This document shows positions 1 through 12,724 of a DNA stretch of 47,720 nucleotides, one piece after another; the first letter of the stretch is position 1; each line of letters starts with the position of its first letter. The stretch comes from Nemertoderma westbladi (taxonomy: Eukaryota; Animalia; Xenacoelomorpha): positions 1-47,720 of the forward strand of contig JAUCBJ010000702.1 of NCBI GenBank assembly GCA_032718475.1, written 5' to 3'. A program made the position numbers and the translations under genes. The notes below the pieces were generated by a model that saw nothing but the letters and a program-made list of their open reading frames with translations, searched no databases and was not told the origin of the DNA.

Positions 1-947
1 GTTGAATGTCGGTTAGTCCGTGACAGTCCGTCAGACAGTCTGGCTCAGTGTTTGAACGTCATTATCTCAGCCACGACTAGTTCGAACTCAGATTAAATTG
101 TATTTCTAGTAGATTCGGCGTATTATTGGTTGAGAAAAGGTATAGATATTGATGAGTTTATGCCACGCCAAACTTTCATAATTAGACAATAAAAAAGTAA
201 AAAAAATCTTATGTGAATTATACCCACTTCGTTTTAGTACAGGAATTTTATATTCTAAACAACCTATTCTCAATTTCATTTTAATCCTGTTGGGAACAGG
301 TGCATTGGCAGGTTCAATGGCGGATAAATGCGGATAAGGCAGCCCAGATAACCCATTGATGGAAAAGGAACGCAATAGGCTGGGATCCTCGAGGAATTTC
401 AGCCATCAGGACGGCCTCACATAGCCGCCGCAACTAATATATTCCCAATTACAAAGATTCATTGTCCCAAATAGGACCAAACTTCCCATTAACATTGTGC
501 GTTCGATATTTACTTTATATTACGGGGTTTTTATTTTGTCAGAATTCCATTAGCTCAACATTCGAATGAAGGATTAAATATTATACATAGGTTATTCTCA
601 TGCATATTAAGCATTCACGCATAACGCTAACTGCTCAGGGAAAGAACTGAATTTATTGGTGTGCCGTAAACTATTATGTTTTACAATTAGATTTCCTAAA
701 TAACACATTGTTATATAAATAATACACTGTGTTGTGATAATGATCAAACTTATGTTTTTGATATATATGTTTTAATCAATCACAATTAAATTGTTGCTTT
801 ATTAGTTCATGGTAAGAGATACATGTAAAATATTGTTAAAATGTAAATAAAATAAACAAGACTTTACAAAATATTATGACTACTACTGTTTATAATGTAA
901 AGTATAATTCTTTGCGCCATCTATCGGATCCTAGTGGATGTTTACAG

Positions 948-1010
948 AAGCCAAATTCAGCAGCTAGGAGTCAACCCTTTGTAGACAACTTCCATCTCCA
1001 ACTAATCAGA
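948..1010 (+). CDS. Putative internal exon (63 nt, KPNSAARSQPFVDNFHLQLIR) of an unidentified Ser/Thr-rich gene
   Basis: tttacAG acceptor, strong GTAAGT donor at 1011, open frame, phase 0/0, compatible with the phase-0 exon at 3826. Confidence 0.5.
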
Positions 1011-1509
1011 GTAAGTGGACTGACTATAAACGGTTATATATAATAACAGTTTTTTTCAGTATACTTTATTACTAACGTATGAAGACCATTTCATAAACTT
1101 CATTAATCCTTCATTGAACTGTTAAAGGGGGGAATCCCCAATCACCACTGAACCTCAACAATAGGAGCCCTAACAATAGGTTCTACAAAGACATTATATA
1201 CAATGGAACTTTAACTACTTTACATAGATATTGGTATTGGAACCTCTTATGTTATAACTCTTATACACAATAATTTGATGCTATTTAAAATATTTTACCG
1301 CTGAAGAGCAATTATTAGGGCCAAATGCATTCGGTTTTTTTTTTTATTTATTTAAATTAATAAATATAAATGTAAACATTATAGAGAATTAAACACGGCT
1401 CGCTTCATGAATAATTATAATATTCAATAAAAATGACGACTGAAGCGGGATGAAGACGGTTGGACTTCAGTTAGACATATCTATTCCTCTAGACTCTCAT
1501 ACAGTCCTG

Positions 1510-3203
1510 CTGATGTAGTTTCAGCGGTTCCCAGTACAGATGATGTAGTTTCAGCGGTTCCCAGTACAGATGATGTAGTTTCAGCGGTTCCCAGTACAGA
1601 TGATGTAGTTTCAGCGGTTCCCAGTACAGATGATGTAGTTTCAGCGGTTCCCAGTACAGATGATGTAGTTTCAGCGGTTCCCAGTCCAGATGATGTAGTT
1701 TCAGCGGTTCCCAGTACAGATGATGTAGTTTCAGCGGTTCCCAGTACAGATGATGTAGTTTCAGCGGTTCCCAGTACAGATGATGTAGTTTCAGCGGTTC
1801 CCAGTACAGATGATGTAGTTTCAGCGTTTCCCAGTACAGATGATGTAGTTTCAGCGGTTCCCAGTACAGATGATGTAGTTTCAGCGGTTCCCAGTACAGA
1901 TGATGTAGTTTCAGCGGTTCCCAGTACAGATGATGTAGTTTCAGCGGTTCCCAGTACAGATAATGTAGTTTCAGCGGTTCCCAGTACAGATGATGTAGTT
2001 TCAGCGGTTCCCAGTACAGATGATGTAGTTTCAGCGGTTCCCAGTACAGATGATGTAGTTTCAGCGGTTCCCAGTACAGATGATGTAGTTTCAGCGGTTC
2101 CCAGTACAGATGATGTAGTTTCAGCGGTTCCCAGTACAGGTGATGTAGTTTCAGCGGTTCCCAGTACAGATGATGTAGTTTCAGCGGTTCCCAGTACAGA
2201 TGATGTAGTTTCAGCGGTTCCCAGTACAGATGATATAGTTTCAGCGGTTCCCAGTACAGATGATATAGTTTCAGCGGTTCCCAGTACATATGATATAGTT
2301 TCAGCGGTTCCCAGTACATATGATGTAGTTTCAGCGTTTCCCAGTACAGATGATGTAGTTTCAGCGGTTCCCAGTACAGATGATGTAGTTTCAGCGGTTC
2401 CCAGTACAGATGATGTAGTTTCAGCGGTTCCCAGTACATATGATGTAGTTTCAGCGGTTCCCAGTACAGATGATGTAGTTTCAGCGGTTCCCAGTACAGA
2501 TGATGTAGTTTCAGCGGTTCCCAGTACAGATGATGTAGTTTCAGCGGTTCCCAGTACAGATGATGTAGTTTCAGCGGTTCCCAGTACAGATGATGCAGTT
2601 TCAGCGGTTCCCAGTACAGATGATGTAGTTTCAGCGGTTCCCAGTACAGATGATGTAGTTTCAGCGGTTCCCAGTACAGATGATGTAGTTTCAGCGGTTC
2701 CCAGTACAGATGATGTACAGTAGTTTCAGCGGTTCCCAGTACAGATGATGTAGTTTCAACGGTTCCCAGTACAGATGATGAAGTTTCAGCGGTTCCCAGT
2801 ACAGATGATGTAGTTTCAGCGGTTTCCAGTACAGATGATGTAGTTTCAGCGGTTCCCAGTACAGGTGATGTAGTTTCAGCGGTTCCCAGTACAGATGATG
2901 TAGTTTCAGCGGTTCCCAGTACAGATGATGTAGTTTCAGCGGTTCCCAGTACAGATGATGTAGTTTCAGCGGTTCCCAGTACATATGATGTAGTTTCAGC
3001 GGTTCCCAGTACAGATGATGTAGTTTCAGCGGTTCCCAGTACAGATGATGTAGTTTCAGCGGTTCCCAGTACAGATGATGTAGTTTCAGCGGTTCCCAGT
3101 ACAGATGATGTAGTTTCAGCGGTTCCCAGTACAGATGATGTAGTTTCAGCGGTTCCCAGTACAGGTGATGTAGTTTCAGCGGTTCCCAGTACAGATGATG
3201 TAT
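1510..3203. repeat. 30-bp minisatellite (TGATGTAGTTTCAGCGGTTCCCAGTACAGA), about 56 near-identical copies
   Basis: Tandem array seen directly. One short insertion near 2716-2722 shifts the register. Source of the LHHLYWEPLK ORFs. Confidence 0.97.
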
Positions 3204-3404
3204 TTCCGATGAGGATTGCGACGATATTCCGCTGAAGGAGGAATCTGTGGGAGCGATTAATAAATTATTTTACTGTGATAAAAACTGTTACTGGCTAATA
3301 CCTTTTTTTATATTTAAAAAACAGTTATATAACTGAGTCCGTAATTTTTATCCCTTAAACTTCAATCGCGTTTCTCAAAATTGCTGGAGTTGACACTCAA
3401 GAAT

Positions 3405-3610
3405 CTAGTACATATCCACCCTTCTACATATCCACACTAGTACATATCCACCCTAGTACATATCCACACTTGTACATATCCACCCTTGTACATATCCACC
3501 CTAGTACAAATCCATCCTTGTACATATCCACACTTGTACATATCCATCCTTGTACATATCCACACTTGTACATATCCAACCTAGTACATATCCAACCTTG
3601 TACATATCCA
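3405..3610. repeat. ~20-bp minisatellite (CTAGTACATATCCACCC-like), about 10 degenerate copies
   Basis: Recurring GTACATATCCA core. Confidence 0.9.
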
Positions 3611-3825
3611 AAGCAAGCAAGCAAAAGAGTAATAATTTAATTAGAGTAATTAAGAGTAAATTAACCATATACAGTAATTATAAAAACCATTTATGTTTTG
3701 AGATAAATAGCGCACTCGCATACATACAGGAAACAGCCAAGAGAGAGCCTTCGGGAAATCTCAGATGTTTCGTGTTATACATTCGCCGATATTTCTCTTT
3801 ACCAGTTTAGACTTTTCATTTTCAG

Positions 3826-4255
3826 AAATCGGTATCTCAAAGCGATAGCCAACCTACCAAGAGTAATTGCGAATCGAGAGTCAAAAGAAATTATCACATC
3901 CGGGAAAAAAGAGACCACGACAATTTCTCAACGACCCACCTTCCTATATTGTCAAGCAGCCAATCAGAACAGACTAATTCCACATCTGGTGATAATACTA
4001 GTTGGGAATCAGATAGCCAATCACTACTTTCTGTGAAAGACTCACAAATAACATCAGACGAAGAAAATACTCTCCATCAATCAACAGATACGCTGAGCCA
4101 ATCAGCGACGACATCGTTGCGGCTGAGCCAATCAGCGACGACATCGTTGCGATATATCTCTCCGCTGCGGGATCCTTTCGAAGCAGTGCGGGAGGAATCC
4201 TTGTTTACTTCGGAAGAAATTCCATATCAGTTTGGGGATATTCAGTTCGGAACAG
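3826..4255 (+). CDS. Exon of unidentified Ser/Thr-rich, probably disordered protein
   Basis: cattttcAG acceptor. Open frame from 3826 (KSVSQSDSQ...) in frame with ORF 3949. Donor ACAG|GTAAAA, phase 1. Internal 30-bp duplication (LSQSATTSLR x2). Confidence 0.65.
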
Positions 4256-4411
4256 GTAAAATACTCAGTTCAGTATAACATATAAAATAAATATTAAATT
4301 TAAATAAAAGTTTAATTATTGTATTCCAAATGTTTGCGCAGGTTACTGATATTTCATAGGCCTACTTTTAAATATTTTTACATTAATATCATTAACATTA
4401 TTTAAATACAG

Positions 4412-4939
4412 AATTTGGATACAACAACGATATTTACAAACGCTACGAGCGAGTCAGCCAATCAGCTGGCCCCCTACGTAACCGCGGTAACAACAGAACC
4501 AATAGCAACCCCACCAGACTACCATTGCGACCCCACACTGGGAAAACCACCTACAGAGATATGGCGGAAAATAAAAACCCTGGCGGTACAAAATACATAA
4601 CCAGACGAAAACATTCCAAATCAGTTGCCGATAACTCGACAACTGATGGTGTCAAATCCCCGGCTGCAGATAGCAGACAAGTTCTACCGCAACTCAGCGA
4701 GAGAGAAAGCAAACTGTGTTTTCATCATCACGTTACCAAGACAACCCAAACAAACAAAGAGAAACGGCGAAGTAAATATTCCTCCTCCATATCATTGCGT
4801 CATTGTGACGTCACCAACGACACGAGCACATGGGTAGCGGGAGTGTCTACCAGGACTGCGAGTTTATCCTGCACAGGATCGGAAAGTGTTGAATCCTGCG
4901 TTAAAACTCAGAGTCTCTTGGCTCTGTCGCTTTCAGAAG
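4412..4939 (+). CDS. Exon of unidentified Ser/Thr-rich protein
   Basis: aatacAG acceptor. Phase-1 entry gives an open frame (EFGYNNDIYKRY...) matching ORF 4525. Donor GAAG|GTATAT, phase 1. Confidence 0.65.
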
Positions 4940-5182
4940 GTATATATATATGTTTGGGACACCGAAGCACTAAATTGTAACTATATTAAGCTACTGTATG
5001 TTGCATTGCTACAGTAATGTTGTTCAGGAGTACCAATCACGTATTCATACCAAATCGCGTATAAAAGACGCGATTTTATCGAATCAAATAGTGTTGGTTT
5101 CATTTTTATCGTATTTTTTTTCTATTTTTCTTTTCATTACAAATAAAGAACTTCTGAGAACATGGAAAGTCTAACAACAAAC

Positions 5183-5242
5183 CTTGCGTAGTGATTGACA
5201 GTTTGCGTAGTGATTGACAGTTTGCGTAGTGATTGACAGTTG
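5183..5242. repeat. 19-bp tandem repeat x3 (TTGCGTAGTGATTGACAGT)
   Basis: Seen directly. Confidence 0.85.
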
Positions 5243-5674
5243 GACACAAAGTTGCTCGAAGTCATTGATTCGCCTTTAACCCTATCGCCTTTAACCATTA
5301 TTGCCAATGCCAAGAGTTAGCTGGTATTGAGCTTACATTCATCATTAGTATTATCTATTCTTTGGAAATCATGAAATATATTCAAGCCACGTTTACAGAG
5401 GCTTTAACTGCAGATAACTTAACTCACATAAATTTTCAAAATAATAAAAAATACTTTTGTTATTGTATTTGTTTTTGACGTTTCCTTTATAACGATGTGA
5501 TGTAGTTGTTGAGTAATCATTGGTAATTGTTGTTGTTTTACTGGTGATTCATCTCAGTTAGCTAACCCAGTAAAGCGTCAGCCTTAAGATGTGAAAGAAC
5601 TACAGTAAGTTGGATCCCTGTTTTCATAAAGATATATTGTAGTGTATAATAAATTATTGTATAATTTATTTCAG

Positions 5675-6537
5675 ATGTTAGTAATAAAACATCTTCAAGA
5701 GACATAAATTCCTTCCAGTCAACATGTAGCAATAACTCAGAATCCAATTCTAAACCTTCAATGTCATCAAAAGAGCACTCAGATAGTTTGCCAACATCTA
5801 TTGTATGCGATCAAGAAAATTTAAACCCAGAAAATGATAGTAACACCTCTGTTGCGGATAGTAACACCTTCAATGCGGATGGTAACATCTCTGTTGCGGA
5901 TAGTAACACCTTCAATGCGGATGGTAACATCTCTGTTGCGGATAGTAACACCTCTAATGCGGATAGTAGCACATCTAATGCGGATAGTAACTCCATCTAT
6001 GCGGATCGTAGCACCTATGTTGCGGATAGTAACACCACTACTGCGGATAGTAACACATCTATTGCGGATAGTAACTCCACTTATGCGGATAGTAGCACCT
6101 CTGTTGCGGATAGTAACACCTCTATTGCGGATAGTAACACCTCTACTGCGGATAGTAACACCTCTATTGCGGATAGTAACACCTCTACTGCGGATAGTTG
6201 TACCTCTAACACATATGTTTGCAACAGAGAAATAGATATGGCGGAAAGTGTCACTTCTACTGCGGAAAGTTGCAACTCTATTGCAGAAAGTAGCACTTCT
6301 GCTGAGGAATATGTCAGCTCTAATACGGAAAGTTGCAGTTCTGGCGACGGCAGGTCTAGAGATTTAGAAGAAACGGCTGAGGAATTATCCGACGCTTCAT
6401 ATTCGACGTCCGATACTCGTTCCAATTCCTCAATAGACTCTCCTAATAACGACGACTTAGTAACCCTAATGACGTCACCGAATAACCACAGCTACATAAT
6501 AGCCAACAGTTACGTATCTGATACAACCGGAAACTGA
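5675..6537 (+). CDS. Terminal coding exon of unidentified Ser/Thr/Asp-rich protein with a 7-aa (ADSNTS[TIV]) repeat
   Basis: ttatttcAG acceptor. Phase-1 entry is in frame with ORF 5761-6537. 21-bp coding minisatellite at ~5837-6200. Ends at TGA. Confidence 0.65.
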
Positions 6538-6751
6538 TTTAAGCTGCTGAAGTAGTGTATACCATTACTACTTGTGCATTTTTACTACAATAAGCTCATA
6601 CTGTAGGTATTGTACAATAATTATTATTTAATTGAAGTTGAAATAATTAAATTAGTTAGACTTTTTAATGTGTAGTCTTAGAGTGTCACAGCGAAAATGC
6701 GAAAATGGCAGTCAAGTAAACACCACCCCCCCCCCCCCCACGCTGTTAGCT

Positions 6752-7500
6752 ATCCACAGTGCCGACAGACCCCAGCAACATAGCGCCCCCAGATCTGGCG
6801 GTCAGCCATACACAGTGCCGGCGGACCCATCAACATAGCGCCCCCAGATCTCGCGGTCAGACATACACAGTGCCGGCGGACCCATCAACATAGCGTCCCC
6901 AGATCTCGCGGTCAGCCATACATACACAGTGCCGGTGGTCCCATCAACATAGCGCCCCCAGATTTCGCGGTCAGCCATACCCAGTGCCGACGGACCCATC
7001 AACATAGCGCCCCCAGATCTCGCGGTCAGACATACACAGTGCCGGCGGACCCATCAACATAGCGCCCCCAGATCTCGCGGTCAGCCATACATACAAAGTG
7101 CCGGCGGTCCCATCAACAAAGCGCCCCCAGATCTCGCGGTCAGCCATACACAGTGCCGGCGGACCCATCAACATAGCGCCCCCAGATCTCGCGGTCAGAC
7201 ATACACAGTGCCGGCGGACCCATCAACATAGCGTCCCCAGATCTCGCGGTCAGACATACACAGTGCCGGCGGACCCATCAACATAGCGCCCCCAGATCTC
7301 GCGGTCAGCCATACATACTCAGTGCCGGTGGTCCCATTAACATAGCGCCCCAGATCTCGCAGTCAGCCATACCCAGTGCCGGCGGACCCATCAACATAGC
7401 GCCCCCAGATCTTGCGGTCAGACATACACAGTGCCGGCGGAACCATCAACATAGCGCCCCCAGATCTCGCGGTCAGCCATACCCAGTGCCCCCGGTCAGC
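6752..7500. repeat. GC-rich 55/59-bp minisatellite, about 13 copies
   Basis: Unit CAGTGCCGGCGGACCCATCAACATAGCGCCCCCAGATCTCGCGGTCAGCCATACA; periods of 55 and 59 measured. Confidence 0.93.
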
Positions 7501-7961
7501 CAAAAACTTTCCAAGTTCAACCCTATTCTCAGCATCATGCTGCCGTGCACGCACAATGTTGTGTGCAGGTTAATCCTGCCGGCGGAAACAGTGCTCATCA
7601 AGCTTCAGACGGCGTCTCTGCAGGGTGGTACAGGTTTTTGGCAATGTGATCTTTCTAACTTTATACAACCATATGTTTAACATCTCATTGCTTTTGTGTG
7701 TATCATAGACAACGTTACGTGCACTGTGTACATCATCCTGGTATATGTACCATCCAGAGACCTACAGAGACATACAGAGAACATGTTTAAATATCACACA
7801 GGTACTATATATGGTTAGGTGAGAGATAGTAGTTCCGTTTATTTACTTCCGTTTGTAAAACACCCTCCACCTTGCATTGTAATTTATTGCACTGCACTAA
7901 AATTATACCCAAACGTGTTAGATGTGAGGGATGCTGGAAACAGAAGATGGAGACAGCATAG

Positions 7962-8084
7962 AAACCGAAGCTTGAGTATTGCTGTTTAGTAGGTACTTAT
8001 TTGTTGTCCCTGTTCACATATAAACCGAAGCTTGAGTATTGCTGTTTAGTAGGTACTTATTTGTTGTCCCTGTTCACATATAAA
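7962..8084. repeat. 60-bp direct tandem duplication
   Basis: AAACCGAAGCTTGAGTATTGCTG...CACATAT occurs twice with period 60. Confidence 0.9.
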
Positions 8085-9356
8085 CATTTGATTTTAAACT
8101 TCCAGCTCATGAAAAATCATTGGCTATATTTACAAGCCATCAAATGATATAAAATGCTAGTACAATCAATATCCAGGTGATGCATATCTGATTGATAGAC
8201 TGATTGAACTTTACAGAAAGAGGACCAATGTATTTTGAAAGTTAATTATTCCATAACCTAATCCGATAAATAATAGCCTTTTTTTTATTCTTCGAGTCAC
8301 TGAATATTGTTTAGGTTGGCGTTAAAATTATTCATCCAAACTACGGTAGGCGGCCTACTAATTGTTATAGTTGAATAGTTATCAGTTAATACTACACCCA
8401 CAATATAAACTATCATACGGTATATTTTATTTATTAATTTATATCTTAAGGGCTAGTTGTGTATCTCCAAATTTTAAGCATTTTAATGACAGAATAACGC
8501 CATCTTGCGTCGAGTATCCATAAGATAACATCGTTTGCCAAGTTTACTCTAAATATACTTCCTGATAAGAAAGACACAATGTAATTAATCTAGATGTTTT
8601 TTATTGTACCTACTGTTACTGTACATATGTGACTATATCGGAACACATTCACAGATAATATTAATTAAATTATATTATGAATTTGCATCATTTTAAGAAC
8701 AAATCTTATGGATATACCAAACCTACCGTAGCCTTAACTTATGTAAGTAGGCCTACACTCTTGTACAATAAGGTTTATTTTACTTTAATTCAAATACAAT
8801 CGTATTTGCAATACTTTCATAATATTGATAATTTGACGATGTATCATGTTTGTAATTGGTGGACCTTTGACCTTATATATTTTAGGTTGTATGTAAGTAA
8901 AACTATATGTAATGTAATATATGTACATTGTGCAGACAATATTTTCTCAAGTTTGTTGGTACTAACTAATGAACTAAAGTATCTCGCTAAGTTTTGTAGG
9001 TCTGGTAGGCCTATGTTCGTATGTAGTTTGTTCCGCAATCGCATATGCTACCTGCACTGTTTGTTTTCGTCATATTACATTTAAAAATTAAAGTTTATTT
9101 ATAAATAGTAATAATTTATATTTACTAATAAATTATTAATATATTTATAATTACATGATATTTACGCTATTTATCAAATCGTTATTAACTATTTACTAAA
9201 ACAAATGTAATCTTGTAAAGGTAATGAGCTAATTTGAAGTAAAAATTCCATTCAAAAATTAATGATAAGGAAATAGTATCGAAATAGTAAAAACATTTTT
9301 CCTCGGCTACGATAATAATATACTTTTACTAGTCATCGGAAATGCGGATTAAGGCA

Positions 9357-11339
9357 GGCCGGTTTACATATGGCCGGCAACTTTTAGATCAACTTTGTCA
9401 GCAACTTGTAGAGCAACCCGACTTACTTATAAATTGCTCCGTGTAAACACAAAAAAAAATCCTGAAAATTGTTTCCTGGAGTTTCCGCTTGGGAGTATAG
9501 TTCTAGGGGGTCCACACTGGAACAGAGTCGTCAGACTTCGTGCGTAATTCATGGCCTAAAGGCCGAAGAAAATTTCCTTTAAATTAAATTATATTTGATA
9601 AAAATGTGTTTTAGTGAAAAATTCCATGGATGTTTATTGTTTACCCCAATTTGAATATTATTATTTCTACTTTATTCCAATGTTTACTCAGTAGTTTTAT
9701 AGTATTAAGGAATACCGTTAGTACTAGTTTAGTACACTATGCACACACACTGAAATAGCTAACCACTCATGAGAGATCGGGTAGTGGTGTGTTATTGGTA
9801 CACCCCCCTCAAAAATTTTATAATATCTAGTTTGCAATTTCTTTTTCCGTTCAGCACAGCAGACTTCTGGAATTATTCAAAATATCTATGAAGTTGAAAC
9901 ACGAAAGATAAATTATGTAGGAAAGTTATTCTGGTACACTTATAGCTTTCCCGCATTACAATGTCCTGCTGTTTAACTAAAGGTTTAATTGATTTACTGA
10001 GGAACTCCAATGTGTCGCAATCCATTCGCAGATATTGCTGATATTGTTGTACATCTACTATGTACCATGTACTCTAATAACTCTTGCATTGTGGATTGCG
10101 ATATGCACTTTCCTATGGAAATATGCAAATTTCCTTTGCTCCCCACAGACAGCCAGGAAATCGGTACACCTTGCGATTTCCTTTGCTCCCCAGACAGCCA
10201 GGTATTGGTGCACCTTGCAATTTCCGTTGCTCCCAAGACCGATCCCCAGACAGCTCCCCAGACCGCTCCCCAGACCGCTCCCCAGACCGCCAGGTATTGG
10301 TACACTTTGCGAGTTCTTTTCTCCCAAGACCGATCCCCAGACAGCTCCCCAAACCGCTCCCCAGACCGCTCCCCAGATCGCTCACCAGACCGCTCCCCTG
10401 ACCGCAACCCAGACAGCTGCCCAGACCGCTCCCCAGACCGCTCCACAGATCGCTCCCCAGACTGCTCACCAGACCGCTCAACAGACCGCTCCCCAGACCG
10501 CTCCCCAGACCGCTCCCCAGACCGCTCCCTGTACCGCTCCCCGGACCTATCTCTGTACCGCCCCCCAGACTGCTCCCCGGACCGCTCCCTGTACCGCCCC
10601 CCAGACCGCTCCCCGGACCGCTCTCTGTACCGCCCCCCAGACTGCTCCCCAGGTATTGGTACACTTTTGTGCCGTTTCCTATTTCGATATTTTTTTGCAA
10701 ATTATTTTATATTTCATCGAGCCGATTTTTATCAAGATTACAAATTTTAAAACCGTTTAGCCAGATCTGCCTTCCCAAGATATGTCTGTCTGTCCGTCAG
10801 TATGTCTGTCCGTCAATAAAAAGCATACTTTCTGTCCAAACAATTCCCTGTATGGGTTTCGGTGACTTAATCTCTGATGTCATAATTCAAATATGGCCTC
10901 GTCGTTTCTGTCTGTATGCCTGTCAATCTGTCCATCAAAATATAACCGACAGTCTGACAGCCAAACAGACAATTTGCAATTCATCAATGATTAAATCTGA
11001 CACTCGAAATGAATTCTGCGACCAGGAATACCCCTATAGCTAAACTTCTAGCTAGATGGTGTGCCTTTTTATAATATTTGACGGTACGAAGAGTAGTGTT
11101 TTTAGTAGTAGAAATAATTTTATGCTACTAAATAGCAGTAAATTATTATAACTATATAAAAAAAAAAAATTTCAACCACCTACAGTTATCAGTGACCATT
11201 ATTCCAAAAATTATTCAATTTGGACAAAGCCTTGCCCTGTTTTACGGTTTTCATTGACTGTGTTAATGAAAAAACTTTCGATTTGGGTAAATTAGTTGCC
11301 GGTAAATTTGCTCTAAAAGTCGCCACGTGTAAACCGGCC
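9357..11339. mobile_element. Putative non-autonomous TIR element (PIF/Harbinger-like ends)
   Basis: GGCCGGTTTACA at 9357 and TGTAAACCGGCC ending at 11339, with looser inverted similarity inward. No transposase. TSD not clean. Confidence 0.55.
10140..10665. repeat. 12-bp minisatellite (CCCCAGACCGCT) interleaved with CAGGTATTGGTACAC modules
   Basis: Seen directly. Source of the SPDR/TAPQ/GSGL ORFs. Confidence 0.92.
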
Positions 11340-11637
11340 TTGAGAAATTCATACAACAAATTTTGTAAATGAAATATAATTAATACCATTTATATACAAT
11401 AATAAATGCGTCAACCAAAGTAGTGAATTATTTCTGTACTGATATTTAGTTTGTCATTAAAGAACTCAAGTTTCCATTAATACACCTTATATCCCGCCCG
11501 GTTATTAATGTCAATTATATGGAAAGATGAAACAATGAATTGAGATCTACGTGCAAAAGAGTTGGCGAGAAATTAATTCAAACTCAGAAACTATATATAA
11601 TTGCAATAAAAAAATCATATTTGGCGCAGCAATTGCT

Positions 11638-11780
11638 ATGGGGACCTCCAGGTCAGATTGGTACCTTGGTAGAGACATAACAGATAAGGAAGCAACCAGG
11701 AAGGCGTTGGGGAAAACGAAACCTGGGACTTTCTTTGTCCGGGATAGTAGCAAACGGGGAAACTACGTTCTATGTGTCAG
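11638..11780 (+). CDS. crk: Crk-family adaptor exon 1 (N-half of SH2)
   Basis: MGTSRSDWYLG...PGTFFVRDSSKRGNYVLCV matches the Crk SH2 (WYWG...GVFLVRDS...GDYVLSV). Donor CAG|GTAAAT, phase 2. Confidence 0.88.
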
Positions 11781-11855
11781 GTAAATATAGTAGCAAACGG
11801 GGAAACTACGTTCTATGTGTCAGGTAAATATAGTAGCAAACGGGGATACTACGTT
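11744..11855 (+). repeat. 43-bp tandem repeat (~2.6 copies) spanning the Crk exon-1 donor
   Basis: Units start at 11744, 11787 and 11830. Confidence 0.93.
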
Positions 11856-12724
11856 AACCCCCCTCCCCACCGATTTTCGTCCCCCCCCCCCCCCCACCCC
11901 ACCAAAAACATTCCCGCATCCAACAAAATTCACCTCCCCCAACCAAACAATATTCAACATCCATCGCAAAGATTTCCGTTTCCTCAAACAAAAATAGGCG
12001 GGTGTAATATATTACCAAATTATAATTACCAAATATGTCAATAATTTTCTCATTATTATATATGGAACCCTAATGGCATATTCGCGTTCTATATAAGATA
12101 GTATATTCTGTCCCATGGTTGACTACAACTGTTCTACCCGTTTCTATAGTAGTAACATCATCATTAAAATGGGGGGGGGGGGGGGGGGCAGCAGCCACAC
12201 CCTCCCCCCCCCCCCCCCCCACCGCCTCGTACGCCTATGTCTCCCTTGTCCCCAATGGCAGAGGCTTTCAGGATGCTTGGGCCGTTGTGTGAGAGATCCA
12301 CTCTGTAGCTGCCGTTAAATCTGCTGTTATAGATAAGGTGTCCAAGATAGAGGAATTCCAAATCAGCTCAACTCCAATTCATTTAATCAAGATAATTGAA
12401 TGCAAACGAAGTATCCTATTCTAATATAATAAATAAGTATCACAGAAATTCGGTTAAATGTAATCTTGTTGAATCATCCGTTGAGAGAGACTTGTGAGAC
12501 AACCATAATGGATTCCGTAAAGGTTGATGCATATTGGAACCAGTTCTGGAACTTAAAGAGTCATTGAATAACTATCTGTTAAGAAATGTCCGTCGATTGT
12601 CTGTTATTTTTATAGACTTCTACAAGGCAGGCATTTACTCAGTATTTTGAACATATATTATATATATATAAATAGATATTTTTTTTAGCACCATTCAATA
12701 TTATTGATTAACATCAATAAACTA

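Noticed and set aside
106-375. 89-aa minus-strand ORF
   Set aside because: No homology-type motif or splice support.
1489-2984. Minus-strand LHHLYWEPLK ORFs
   Set aside because: Translation of the 30-bp minisatellite; no unique sequence or gene context.
1510-3203. CRISPR-like array (30-bp repeats); the 49-bp and 55-bp arrays were also considered
   Set aside because: Head-to-tail repeats without unique spacers, no cas genes, and the context is eukaryotic.
5558-5604. Possible micro-exon ending at GTAAGT (5605)
   Set aside because: Candidate acceptors give in-frame stops or break phase between the flanking exons.
9994-10760. SPDR/TAPQ/GSGL repeat ORFs on both strands
   Set aside because: The 12-bp minisatellite is open in many frames.
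10700-11060. Helitron/DINE-like relic (CTGTCTGTCCGTC microsatellite)
   Set aside because: Resemblance only; no definable termini or hairpin.
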